Positions 1-12,800 of a stretch of DNA of 64,000 nt are shown piece by piece (positions within the stretch are counted from its first letter, which is position 1; each line of letters begins with the position of its first letter). The translations under genes were made by a program, and so were the position numbers. A model generated the notes under the pieces. It was not told where the DNA came from. It worked only from the letters and a program-made list of their open reading frames with translations, and did not search any database. Source of the stretch: Owenia fusiformis (Eukaryota); assembly GCA_903813345.2 (NCBI GenBank), contig CAIIXF020000001.1, positions 36,766,001 to 36,830,000 of the forward strand, written 5' to 3'.

Positions 1-474
1 GATGATTCAGATTGAATACATGGTAATTTTACGAGGCGGGTGTATGACTATGTATAAAATACAAGAAAAAACATATTCTATTTGCTTACTCCATGTATTA
101 AAAGTTCATTTCACTCTGTAACTTCTGTTCTACTATTATCGCACTTTGAAAAAGTTCTATATTGTTGTCTGATTGTGCTGATGGGCATGTGTGTCTTTGA
201 GGATGGGTGCCACATAAATCATGTCATAAAAACTCCAGGAAAACCGCTTATCCATTCAACTTGAAATTTTAACAAATGCAAGCAGACAAATGCCTAGATC
301 TGATTAGGGTTTTGGGTATGCTTGGTAAATTACATGGAGACCATTCTGCTCTTCAAAGTGCGATATTTATTACTGTATATCTTGTTTCAATCTTGTTTCA
401 ATTCTTCACTTTCTCTCTATACATATTCTATATTCTTGAGACCTATTTAACCTGATCTATTTGTTTGGTTCCAG

Positions 475-513
475 GCTGTAACCTATACCACTCGTGAAAT
501 ACCTGGAACAACA
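475..513 (+). CDS. RIMS2: Candidate 39-nt symmetric micro-exon of RIM (AVTYTTREIPGTT)
   Basis: tttgtttggttccAG acceptor, GTAAGT donor, open frame; phase 0-0 matches the phase-0 start of exon 3008. Confidence 0.4.
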
Positions 514-3007
514 GTAAGTCAACTAGCACCACCACTGAGCAATTTTAACAGCTATTTTAAAAATTAGCATTAGAACAATCAGTTGATTTGATTTAAATTC
601 AGCTTGTAGAATGCATTTTGAAATATTGGTGCTGGATGTTTATGTGTTATTAAGATGACTGAATGAATAGTTGTGCATCTCGCTTTAAGTAAAATTACAA
701 ATATCCAGTGTCATGAAGCACACCCCTAGGACTTCAACGAGATATTGATCTCTTATCTATCATTGGTTAGTGGGACACTAAATTTCCCATGATGCTGCAT
801 CTTAATGGCTGACCTTTGCCAAAGTAACTTAGTATAAAATGTGCTCATGGAGCAATAGGGTTTTCATAATGGTTTCTTGTTATAAGATGTACATTCTGGT
901 TGAATATTCAATACCACTGATCAAAATAACTTCACTAAATTTTGGACCTGAGGTTCGAAAATTGTTAATAAAACTGAATTTATTCTGAACGCTTAGATCC
1001 TTGCAGAATCTTTCAATCATCTTTTTTGGGGTTTATCTGCTTTATAGTTAGTAAATGTATAGTTATATAAGATGTGGTAGTTAGTGTATATGGTTTGAGG
1101 GTTTTAAATCTTTAAGAAATGGAATGAGAAAATCCCAAAATGTTGCACAAAAAATTATAAAAAACTAAAATGTTACACAAAAGTTACAAAATTCTAAAAT
1201 GTCGCACTAAAGAAATAGCTACAACCATGTTCTGTATTTAGTGGTTTATCCTTATGTTAAACCAAGTTAGAGGAAGAAACCCAGATCTTTTTCACCTAGA
1301 AATAGTCACACCATGATTGTTTTTTATTATGTTTTTTATTGATGTAGTATTTGATCACATTTTAGTTATCATTTGTAGCTTATTTAGTTTTGTGTAATTG
1401 TGTCTGTTAAGTTAATTTTATAACAACCCTTAATTCCAGTTCAATATTCATTAGGTAAATATATTTTGTTCGTGCTCATTGCACCAATTTCCAATCTACA
1501 GTATGAAAAATATGTGATATTGCAGTTTTACAGAACTTTGAATATTAATGTTTGTGCCTATCAAGTCCAGTCCTCGATTTTCCTCTATTTTTCATGAAAT
1601 TTCTCATAAAGGAATCATACTCTAGTGCGACTTGATGACAATTATATCAACCCACATAGAGCGCAATATAGCAAATGTGTGATAAATAGGATTACATGTA
1701 TATCTACTGGTATACATTTGGATTTCATCATTCAGCTAATTTTGATATTATCCTGGTATAATTATATTATCCTATACAAAACTAATTTATTACTGAACAC
1801 TCCATCAAAATATTTAACTTACATAAACTCATTTCACATTTGAAGAATTAGGTTGCATATGATTGTAATTATACATTGTTATACAAGGGGTGTTCCATAC
1901 ATTCTGATAAATTTAATACATATTCATAGTATAAAATTGTTCTTCCCTGAATATGCCCCAGGTGGCGGATGAGGCCATATACATGTTTTATCACACAAGT
2001 TTGTATATAGTTTTCCCTAAATTAGGCCATATATTTGTTTTCCTAAATGAGGCTGTATTGGTTCTATTTCTCAATGTCTCTTTGTATAAGGCTGTGAAAC
2101 AATAAAATATCCATCTTTCTGCACTGAATTGTAAAATCATTGCTATTGCCCATAATATATAATGCAATCCCAATCGTAATAAAATGCTACTATGGCCATA
2201 TGCCATATTTATGACTGTAAACATTTTAACATGGACTCTCCCACTCATTGGAGGAGTAAGTTTTGATGAACAAAATCAATATTTTGGAACGCAGTATATC
2301 ACCAGTATTCACCTTTAAAGTCCTCATCATTATTCTTGAACTCTGTATATTTGTTGTTATGTCATCTTATCGAGGCACAGATATATTTTAAGATATAGAT
2401 AAAGCTAAAGCTCAAAGCATCACTCTGTTTCCTGTATTGGCGAATAGCAGCGTCCCAAGGGCCTGCTAAACTGTTCTGTCGCAACCATTGATCCTGCTGC
2501 CGTTGCTCCAAATGTTGACTCATCTAGTGCAGTCTCCCAATTACATCTTGTTTCAGTTGAAACACTGCACTGAAGAAATATATCCTTGATGATTAGTCAT
2601 TTCATGTTTCACTTATTTAGCTAAATGTCTATGTTGTTGATAGTTTTTTGTTGATTATTTTTAAAACACATTTTCAATAGTTTTGTAGTGGATTAGTCTA
2701 TTATAGATGCAGTAATTGATTGTGTATGCCCCCCTGTGTAATATATGCAGGATATAAATATATACATATATAAAGCATAAACCCTTGTATAAATGAACAG
2801 TAATATTAATAATTGATTTATATAAGATAATGTGACCTGAAATTGCTTTAGGTTTTTCTGAATGGAACATTTATTCATTGGCAAGACTAGGAAATTAGAT
2901 TATGCTTTTGGTTATATCAATATTCCAATGTAAATTAAATATACTGTCAAATAAAATCCAATGTCCATGCAGGAAGATGCATCTCACTGTTCTTGTGACT
3001 GTTTCAG

Positions 3008-3804
3008 ATTGTGTGGGCCTGTAACTTATGCCGCAAGAAACAAGAACTGCTTATTAAGACCGGCCAGTGGTACCATGGGGGCCAGGCCAAGCCAGTAAAC
3101 ATGGATAATTTAGACAAAGTTGGGTCAGGATCGGATACAATGTCTGTCACTTCTACCCACTCTCAGCAGACTTCCCCAACATCATCTGACAGCCGCATGC
3201 CCCAGAATGGTGGGGGTGAGGGCTCAATGGGGAAGCTGTATGGGAACTTAACAGATAGTGGGGCGAGTAGTGAGAAAGAAAATATGGGCCATAATAGGCA
3301 AGATCATAGGAGGGAGCCCCACACAGGAAGTGTTCATGGCAAAGAATTTAAGCGCCAGTATTCTTTAAGTGAAATGAGTGCCCAAAATGAAAGAACTTCA
3401 GATCCTAGGAATTTAGACCATGATCATGACAGGGGAAGACCCCCAGATAGAGGAATACGTGATAGGAAATCACCATCAGAGCCTAGGAGGCGCGATATAC
3501 CGATAGGTGCCCATGGGCGGGGTGACCGTGACAGGTCATCAACCCGCTATGATGCCCCTCCCTATGATAGTGAACAATACCCAGACCAAAGATACCATGA
3601 CCCCAGTGATCCAAGATCAAGAGACTCTTCAAGGTCACATGACATGTCACATGATCGTCATCACCATGGTGACCCAAGATATGGTGGAGACGGTAGTGAA
3701 AGAGATGAAAGAAGACACGATGACCCTAGGTATCGAGATAACAGAGAAGATAGGCAGTCAGATAGATACAGAGAACGAGAAGCTGAAATAGATAGAAGAT
3801 ATAG
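3008..3804 (+). CDS. RIMS2: RIM exon: end of Zn-finger/Rab-binding region plus charged linker
   Basis: tttcAG|ATT GTG TGG GCC TGT (IVWACNLCRKKQELLIKTGQWYHG); donor AG|GTATGA. Confidence 0.93.
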
Positions 3805-6800
3805 GTATGAAATTCTCATAAATCAATGTTTTATCAATTGTAGAGCTGCAATTTTGTTTGAAAAATAGATTTAAAAAACTCTATCTAAGAAAATGTGAAT
3901 GCTATATATTTATGAATATATGTCTGATAAGTGTATTGACTGATTTCAGGGAAGATAGGCCATTGGATAGAAGGAGAGAAGGTCACAGCTCTCAGGAGCG
4001 ATTATTTGAGGAATCAGATGGACGTAGGAGCAGGGATAGCTCTGTACGTCGTCGTGCAGGAAGGGACCCTGACCGCCCTCAGGAAAATAAAGAGGGTGAT
4101 ATTTATAAAAGAGGTCATTATAGGGAACCTGGCAATGTGGAATCTCACAGGCCACCAAATGGTGAAAGGGGTGGAGTTGGGGAAAAACCTAGTGGATACA
4201 ATACGAGACATGTCACCTCAAAGCCTCCCTTATCACCTAAAAATCAAAAAATTAAAGATGCTGAAGATCACCGGATGGAAACAAGGGATAATTTAGGAGA
4301 TTTAGATAGTGTACCTGATTCAGTACGTAGACAACACTTAGACCCTAGTTCTGCAGTGAATCCTTCAAATGCTACGAAAACACGTCGTAAAGTGGATATG
4401 CTGAGGAATGATTCCCTCAGTTCTGATCCATCTGACTGTGTTAGACCCCCTCCCCCTAAACCACATAAACATAAAAAAGGCAAAACTAAGTTACGCCAGT
4501 TGAGTTTTAGTAGTTCAGAAGATGAGATCCAATCTACTCCTGATTGCACTAGTTGTGAAGACCAAGAAATTGAGAGTGAGAGTGTCAGTGAAAAAGGTAG
4601 GTATTGAAAAATTCTCTCACGGTACACATTTTAAATAAAAACAAAGATTAAAAAATGAAATATTTTGATTTGAAGTTTAAATACTTAAAGACAGCTAACT
4701 GTATTATATATGGTTAATTATGTTTATACAACTTCATATATTCATGACTACATTCAAATGTGAAGGATTTTATGAATATGATGATCACAGTGTATAGGGT
4801 AACTATAACGATAACATACCTCTCTCCACCTTCTTGAAAAATTCGTTAAATGTAGTGATAACAATAGTTATCGTCATTCATACCCCACTGTGAATATATT
4901 TACATATGTCATTTGCTTCTTTGTAATGTTATACTGTGTCTCTAGACATCTATAACCAAGGCCGATCACCTCATGCAGACATTACATGCGGACAGAATTG
5001 GAAAAAGGATGAGATTTTAGCAGCTAAAATTAAGAAATTTTTAGCGGTGGGTAAAGAGTTCATTGAAGTGTGAAGTTTATTCCTTTCACTGATAGCACAC
5101 TTCAACCAGCCAAAATATATACATACTCATGTCTCTAATACAAGAAATTAAGATGGGAAAATTTGCTCAGAAAAAAAAGTGAACAAGTATGTTGATAACA
5201 GCATTAAAACTGCATTGAAAGCATACTTTTTTATTACTATATCTTCTGATGCCAGAAGTTATATTCATTTGTTCATTTTTGAGTTCATGTTTTTGAGATA
5301 CAATTTGAATCTTGGCAAAGAAAAGGCAGGCTTGTTCATTGAATGCCCAGTTGAAGTGTATTTCAGTGAGATGAATAACCTTATAGATAATATCTATATG
5401 TATGTATTCTACAAATAGGAAAACAATCAATTCAACAAATCATGCATTGCCTGTAGGCCAGTGTAGGGTGTCCAAAATCTATAGCACGTTCTCAATGTTT
5501 AATGAATACCCTGTATGATGCTGAAGAGATGTGATTGTTTTCCTATTCAGAGAGTGCACCCTAAGTTTCTAGTCTCTTTGCTACCTGCTTCATGTATAGT
5601 TAATAGATATTGTCTTGTCTGGTGGGGATTTAGAAACAGGTAACTGTTTCTAGATTCTGACCACTTGATTAGCTAACCAAAGCAGGATGAATCATGCACA
5701 AAGCATTGCATTAGAAATCTAGAAACTTCAGGGGAGTCTTGATGTACTTCTATTCATTCTGACTTGTGTTAACTATGATAGTGTTATTTCATCTTTTTAG
5801 GGGAGCTAGAAACTGGAACAACTGAAAACAATCAATTGTCTGAAGCTAAACGAAAAATGGTTCGGTTCGGTTGCGGGGAGGGTCGCTCAATGGAAGAAGA
5901 TACCGGCTGGTCCGAACCAACAGTCAAAGATTCAGGCATTGACACAGGGTTGTCAAGTAGCAACCAAACTCTGAATGATGATTGGTTGAAGGTAACTCTT
6001 GGCGTGACGTGGATGTTCAATGAACAATTCTACTGGCACTTCGTAAACTTCGTAATAGTTGTTACAGTTTCTACATCCCCGTATACTTCCTTCTCTGTGG
6101 CTCCTCAAACACTAAAATAAGTCTCAACTTCAAATCCTCCATTTTATTTGATTTCACAGAAACAAATATTCATTTGAAGTTTGTGGTTGATTTCAGTTGA
6201 ATTTTCTCTTATATATTTATTTTGCTCTTTTTTATGATCATATATTTTTCTTCTCATAATCTTTCATGGTGATTGTATTCTCTTTCTTATTTTGTTATGT
6301 TTATATCTTTTTGTGTTATTATCAATGGCTGAATGGCTTTTGGGTTTTTAACCATTACATGTATTTATCGTATATATCGTTTGTTATTCATTGATTTGAC
6401 TCAAATACAGTAACTACTCTGTCTGCAAAAGGTACTTTGGGAAACACATCCTTTTTATTATGCTTACTATTTTCTATATTTCTATAAGTTATTATTGAAT
6501 TACACTCTTAGTCAGTAATATTGGGAATATATCACTCCACGTAGAGCGCATGGAATTGACCTTCAGTTGGGGAATTGCAGAATCTTAAATTCTGATCAAT
6601 TGCCACAGAATTTCACATGGAATTAACATATTTTCTGAAAGTATGAATAATCAGCATAATTCCTCTTTTTCCATTACCTCAAAATGTTAATATTTCTGCA
6701 GTCCAATTCCTGGTAGAAATCATTCCAAATAGAAAAAAATGTAAAATGCAAAATAATTTGAATTTGTGGTATTATTTCATATCACCCTAGATGGCAGTTC

Positions 6801-9800
6801 AGTTTATTCAAAATTATAGTTTTTCTATTCATCAGATCTAATCAGAAATGAATTCGAAAACTAAAGAAAGGTTATTTTAATTTGTTGATAGAAAACTTAA
6901 ACATAAGAGCATATGATTAGACATCAGATTAAGACATTTAGAATTAATGGTATATGATTCTGAGATCAAGGGAGCATGACCTACTTTCCGAGAGTTCGAA
7001 AATAAAATTTGAAAAATGATAATGGATCGTTTTGTCAGCAAAAAGTGACTCAACCCAAATATGTTAGCCAAGGATATTAATATCTGTCTTGAAGTTTCAT
7101 AAGAAATGTCAAGAAATCCCGCAGAATTGGCCCATGCTGAATTCACTAATTTCACTTGCAGAATTCAGTATTTCAACTTGCAGAAAACAAGGGGGAGTGA
7201 TATATAGTGTTTTAATGAAGTCAAAATGTAAAACAAATATCTATGTCACATGGGACAATCAGATTGTTGCCAATTTCTATCATTAAATAAATTTTGCTAT
7301 TTCATTATATAGCAACTTTCTGGCTTTACATGTCAACAATGTATGTCAACATTTACGCCATCAGAATCTATTTTCTGTATACAGTCAAAGTGTTTAGCAT
7401 TTTGCATCATTTGTTCATATGATTTTTTCTGTTCAGTCCCTGGCTTGTTAAGTAATCCAAAATTATGGAATTGTGCTATGTCCATTTCGCATTTCCAGCA
7501 TTGAGACACTTTGATGCATGAATGGTTACAGACAGTATTACAATAACTTAGGCTATTATGTTTTGAACTTTTTTATTTGACTAACTTCAATTTATAATTA
7601 TCTCACACATATTACCTTCTGATATGGTAGAATAAAATCTTAATAGAAAATTAGCACTTATGTTTTTTCACAGTTTTCTTTGATTTTGTTTTAAGTTTTT
7701 GTTTCGTTAATCATAACTGCATTTTGATATCATTTATTAAAATGGTATTGTTGTTTTCAGCACCCTGTTACCTGGCAACCAAGTGCAGATGGAACAAAAT
7801 TAATAGGTCACATGATACTTAAAAAGGGAATCCCGGATGCAAAAGACCCATCTGTTGCAAACAGAGGTGGTACTCTAGGTAGGTTATATTTTATGTGACT
7901 CGCATGTATGAAATATTATTAATATATGTATTTGATTGAGCTACAGCTATTTTACCAAGTGGTTCTCATTTTTGGGCAAACTCAAAAGTTTCAGCATGTA
8001 TGTACATATGTGGTGGTTTTGAAGCACTTCACACCGTAATAAATTTGCCTGGAATGTTTCTACATTATAATTAAACCGTATTGTTCTTTTGCTCACATAT
8101 TCTAAAAAACATTTATTTTACTTTTTATATCGTCATTTGACATGTTCTGATTTTCACATTTGATTCTATACCAACTTGGTAACTTTAAATGGGAGTCATT
8201 TACACCATGGTTAAAACATATATGATGATAGTATTTGAGATGTCCCATGAAAATGGATACCACTTGATGTATATATATATAAATGGTTGATTTGATTGTT
8301 CGTTGATGTTTTGCATTCTCCTCCGACAGGTGTGTATGTAACTCCCTTGCCTTTACTATCTGCTGTGTCGGTTAAGTAGATACAGCTAAACCTGTGTATA
8401 TAGGAACATAGTGGATTATCTCATGAATATCTATCATAAAATGTTCTGTGTCTATAATGTCAGATGAATTTCTTTGAATGATGAGTTTTTTGTTTGTTCA
8501 TTTTAGTAATATGTTCAAACATAGATTCACACTCACAGGTTTTACTGTAGTTCCAATTCCATGTCGCAATTCCCTGTTGAGCATTAGTGCTTGGTATGAA
8601 CTTGCAACCAGATAAAACATTGCCTCAAAATCATACAGACAATTGATCCTGCGATTGATTATTTTGACCTCTTCATATAGGAGATCAAGTTATTTTCTGC
8701 AGGAGGCCAACTCATTTTGTGGTTCATTTGAGCTTGATAGTAGTACTTGGAAGAAGCATTTTATCCTCATCGACATTGACTCGATTGTCTATGTGAAAAG
8801 TTTGATAGTCTACTTTGAATTGCTTTCAGTCCAATCATATTCATTATGGATATTTCATGTACAGATTACTATTTGTACTGCCTTGTACTCTGAACAGTGT
8901 TGTTTCTTGTTATTATTTTATATATAGTAGATGAACTGTTTTTGTATTACTCTAAGAGCGAGGAGGAAAATTCTTAATAAATGGAGTATAGTTGGTTTGG
9001 CAGCATTTTCAGTTAGAGGGAAGTCTTGGATGAAAATTCTACCTAGGTGATAGCTTCACAGAGTGGTACATAATTCTTTTTTTTCAGGGTTTAGCCCTCA
9101 ACCCCCCAAAAACACCCCACCCCTGGAAAATAATTTTTTCATTCTCAATAATTTTAGATATCTTGATGTTTGTAAGTTACATACATAGACATTATATATA
9201 TGAATCATTTGTAAAATAAATAATGCCAATCACTCCTACAGAATTTGGAAAATACTACAAAGTATGTACCCCAGGGGGCAAATTCGTGACCCATTTTCTT
9301 ATTTTTTAGAGCCTCACTTTTCAATCAGACACTGAAAGACATTGAAAAATTTCATGTGAAGTGCCCAGTAGCAGGGCTATAAGCCCTGAAAGGTTCAAAC
9401 TAATTGAATTAGTAGGAGCCGAGAAAAAAATTGTTGATTTTTTGAAAAATTTGACATTTTTGAGAGGGGTGATTTTGTGTATGACTATAGCTGATGCCTA
9501 TGGTTTCCAGATCTATCCCTCTTTGATGATAAATATGGTTTTGAAGTATGGAACTAAGATGTAAAAAATAATTAAAATTGGTTTTAAGGAAGTTTCATGT
9601 TTTAAACAAGTTCAAAATTCCAAGAATTGTACAATACCAGGTCTGAATTTACAAATTTTAGGTAAGACCTTAGATGAGCCTTAGATTTTTTACATCTGTC
9701 CCCCTTTGATGATATTCATGGTTTTGTAGTATGGAACTAAGATGTACAAAATAATTTAGATGGGTTTTAAGAAGGTTTAGGAATTTTAACAAGTTCAAAA

Positions 9801-12800
9801 TTTGAAGAATTGTACAATATCAGGTCTGAATTTACGAATTTCAGGTAAGACCTTGGATGAGCCTTATATTTTTTATATTTGTCCCTCTTTGATGATATGT
9901 ATGGTTTTGTAGTGTGAAACTAATTAGTAATAAAAAATAATTAAGATGAATTTGAAGAAAGTTTAAGGATTTTAAATGAGTCCAAAATTTGAAGAATTGT
10001 ACAATATCATGTCTGAATTTATGAATTTCAGGTATGACCTTGGATGACCCTTATGTCTTTTAAATCCTTCCCTCTTTGATGGTATTTATGGGTTTATAGT
10101 GTGGAACTAAGATGTAAAATATAATTTAGATGAATTCTAAGAAGGTTTAAGGATTTTTAACAAGTTCAAAATTTGAAGAATTGTACAATATCAGGTCTGA
10201 ATTTATGAATTTCAGGTAAGACCTTGGATGGCTCTTATGTTTTTACATCTGTCACTCTTTGATGATATGTATTGTTTTGTAGTGTGGAACTAAGATGTAA
10301 AAAATGGTTTAGATGGTTTTGAAGAGTGTTTACGGATTGCAATGAGTCCAAAATTTGAAGAATTGTACAATATCAGGTCTGAATTCTCCAATATCAGGTA
10401 TGACATTGGACGACCCTTTTGTTGATATTTATGGTTTTATAGTGTGAAACTTAGATGTAAAATATAATTTAGATGAATTTAAAGAGATTTAAGGATTTTA
10501 ACAAGTTCCAAATTTGAAAAATTTTACAATATCAGGTCTGAATTTACAAATTTCAGGTAAGACCTTGGATGGCTCTTATGTTTTACATCTGTCAATCTTT
10601 GATGATATGTATTGTTTTGTAATGTGGAACTAAGATGTTAAAAATGATTCAGATGGTTTTGAAGAGTGTTAAGGGATTTTAATGAGTCCAAAATTTAAAG
10701 AATTATACAATATCAGGTCTGAATTTTCGAATTATAGGTATGACCTTGGACGACTCTTTTATTTTTTACATCTGTCCCTCTTTAATGACAGTTATAGTTT
10801 TACGGTATGGACCTAAGATGTAAAATATAATTTAGATGGATTCTAAGAAGGTTTAAGGATTCTAACAAGTTCAAAATTTGAAGAATTGTACAATATCAGG
10901 TCTGAATTTGCAAATTTTAGATAAGACCTTGGATGAGCCTTATATTTTTTTACACCTATCCCTCTTTGATGATATGTATGGTTTTGTAGTGTGGAACTAA
11001 GATGTAGAAAATAATTTAGATGCATTTTAAGAAGGTTTAAGATTTTTAATTTGAAGAATTGTTCAATATCAGGTCTGCAATGAATGAATTTCAGGTATAA
11101 CCTTGTTTAGCCCATATGATTTTAACACCTATACCCTTTTCATGATTTGGTTTAGTTGTGTGGAAATATGTATAATTTACATCGATTTTAAAGAAGCTTA
11201 ACATTTTAAACAAGTTCAAAATCTTGGCGTATTGTACAATATCAGATCTGAAATTAAAGAATTTCAAGTATAATCTTGGTTAGCCCATATGATTTTAACA
11301 CCTATCCCCTTTTCATGATATATTTGGTTTAGTTGTGTGGAAATATGTATAATTTAAATCGATTTTAAAGAAGCTTAACATTTTAAACAAGTTCAAAATC
11401 TTGGCGTATTGTACAATATCAGATCTGAAATTAATGAATTTAAAGTATAACCTTGCTTGGCCCTTATATTTTTAACATCTATCCTTTTTTGATGATATAT
11501 GATTTAGTAGTGTGGAGCTCATAAACATAATCAAGATGGGTTTTAAAGAAGTTTAAGGTTTTAAATAAGTTCAAATTTTCACAAATTGTACAAAATCAGA
11601 GCTGATATTAATGAATTTTAGGTATTATGTTTTTTACATTTATCCCTTTTTGATGTCATATATGCTTAAGTAGTCTCTAGTTGAAAGCCCATGGTTGAAC
11701 TAAGATGTAAAACAAAATTTAGACAGGTTTTAAAGAAGTTTAAGGTTTTAAACAAGTTCAAATTTTGACGAATTGTACAATATCAGAGCTGATATTAAAC
11801 AAATACTGGATGATCAGGAGCTGGATATGGCCAGAATACCTATCCTCGAAAAAATATTGGGCTCGGCGGTGTTCCGCCAGTTTCAGATGTAAGCTTTAAG
11901 TATTACTCCAGTTATTAAGAAATAAAACTCTGAAGTGGGAATGTTGCAAAAACATTGAAAAAAATATCCGACTCTTTTTCTCGAAAGGGTCAGATATTAA
12001 AAAAATATCCGGCAGTTTTCAGAAAAGAGCAGAGTATTGCCAAATTACAAGCAACTAAGAACCAATCAGATTTGAGTATTTTAATGAGGTGCATAATAAT
12101 AATGAATATTGGGTATTTAGGTGAGCCTTATTTTTTTACATCTATCCCTTTTTGATGACATATATGCTTTAGTAGTGTTGAACTAAGATGTTAAACAAAA
12201 TTTAGACAGGTTTTAAAGAAGCTTAAGGTTTAAACAATATAAAAAATTGAAGCATTGTATAATAACAGGTCTGGAATTTATTAATTTTAGGTATAACTGT
12301 GAATGGCCCTTATTCTTTTTTTACATATATCTCTCTATGATAACATATATGGTTTTGTAGTATGAAACTAAGATGTAAAACATAATTTAGATGGGTTTTA
12401 AGGAGGTTCAAGGTTTTAAACCTGTTCAAAACTTGACAAATTGTACAATATCATATCTTCTGACATTAACGAATTTCAGGTATGTATCTCTCTATGATGA
12501 TATATATGGTTTAGTAGTATGGAACTTAGATGTAAAACATAATTCAAATGGGTTTTAAGGAAGTTTAAAGGCAGAATCAGATCTATGGGTGTGACAAAAT
12601 TACAAGCAACGTGTACAGTTCATGTACCAATCTATTCCTTACAATCTCAAATACAATATCTCCAAAAAGATTCACAATGTGTTAAGTCTGTAAGTTTAAA
12701 GGCAGAATCAGATCTATGGGTGTGACAAAATTACAAGCAACATGTACAATTCATGTACCAATCTATTCCTTACAATCTCAAATACAATATCTCCAAGAAG

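Noticed and set aside
3483..4627. Overlapping alternative-frame and antisense ORFs on the large RIM exons
   Set aside because: Expected shadows of GC-richer coding sequence, with no recognisable domains
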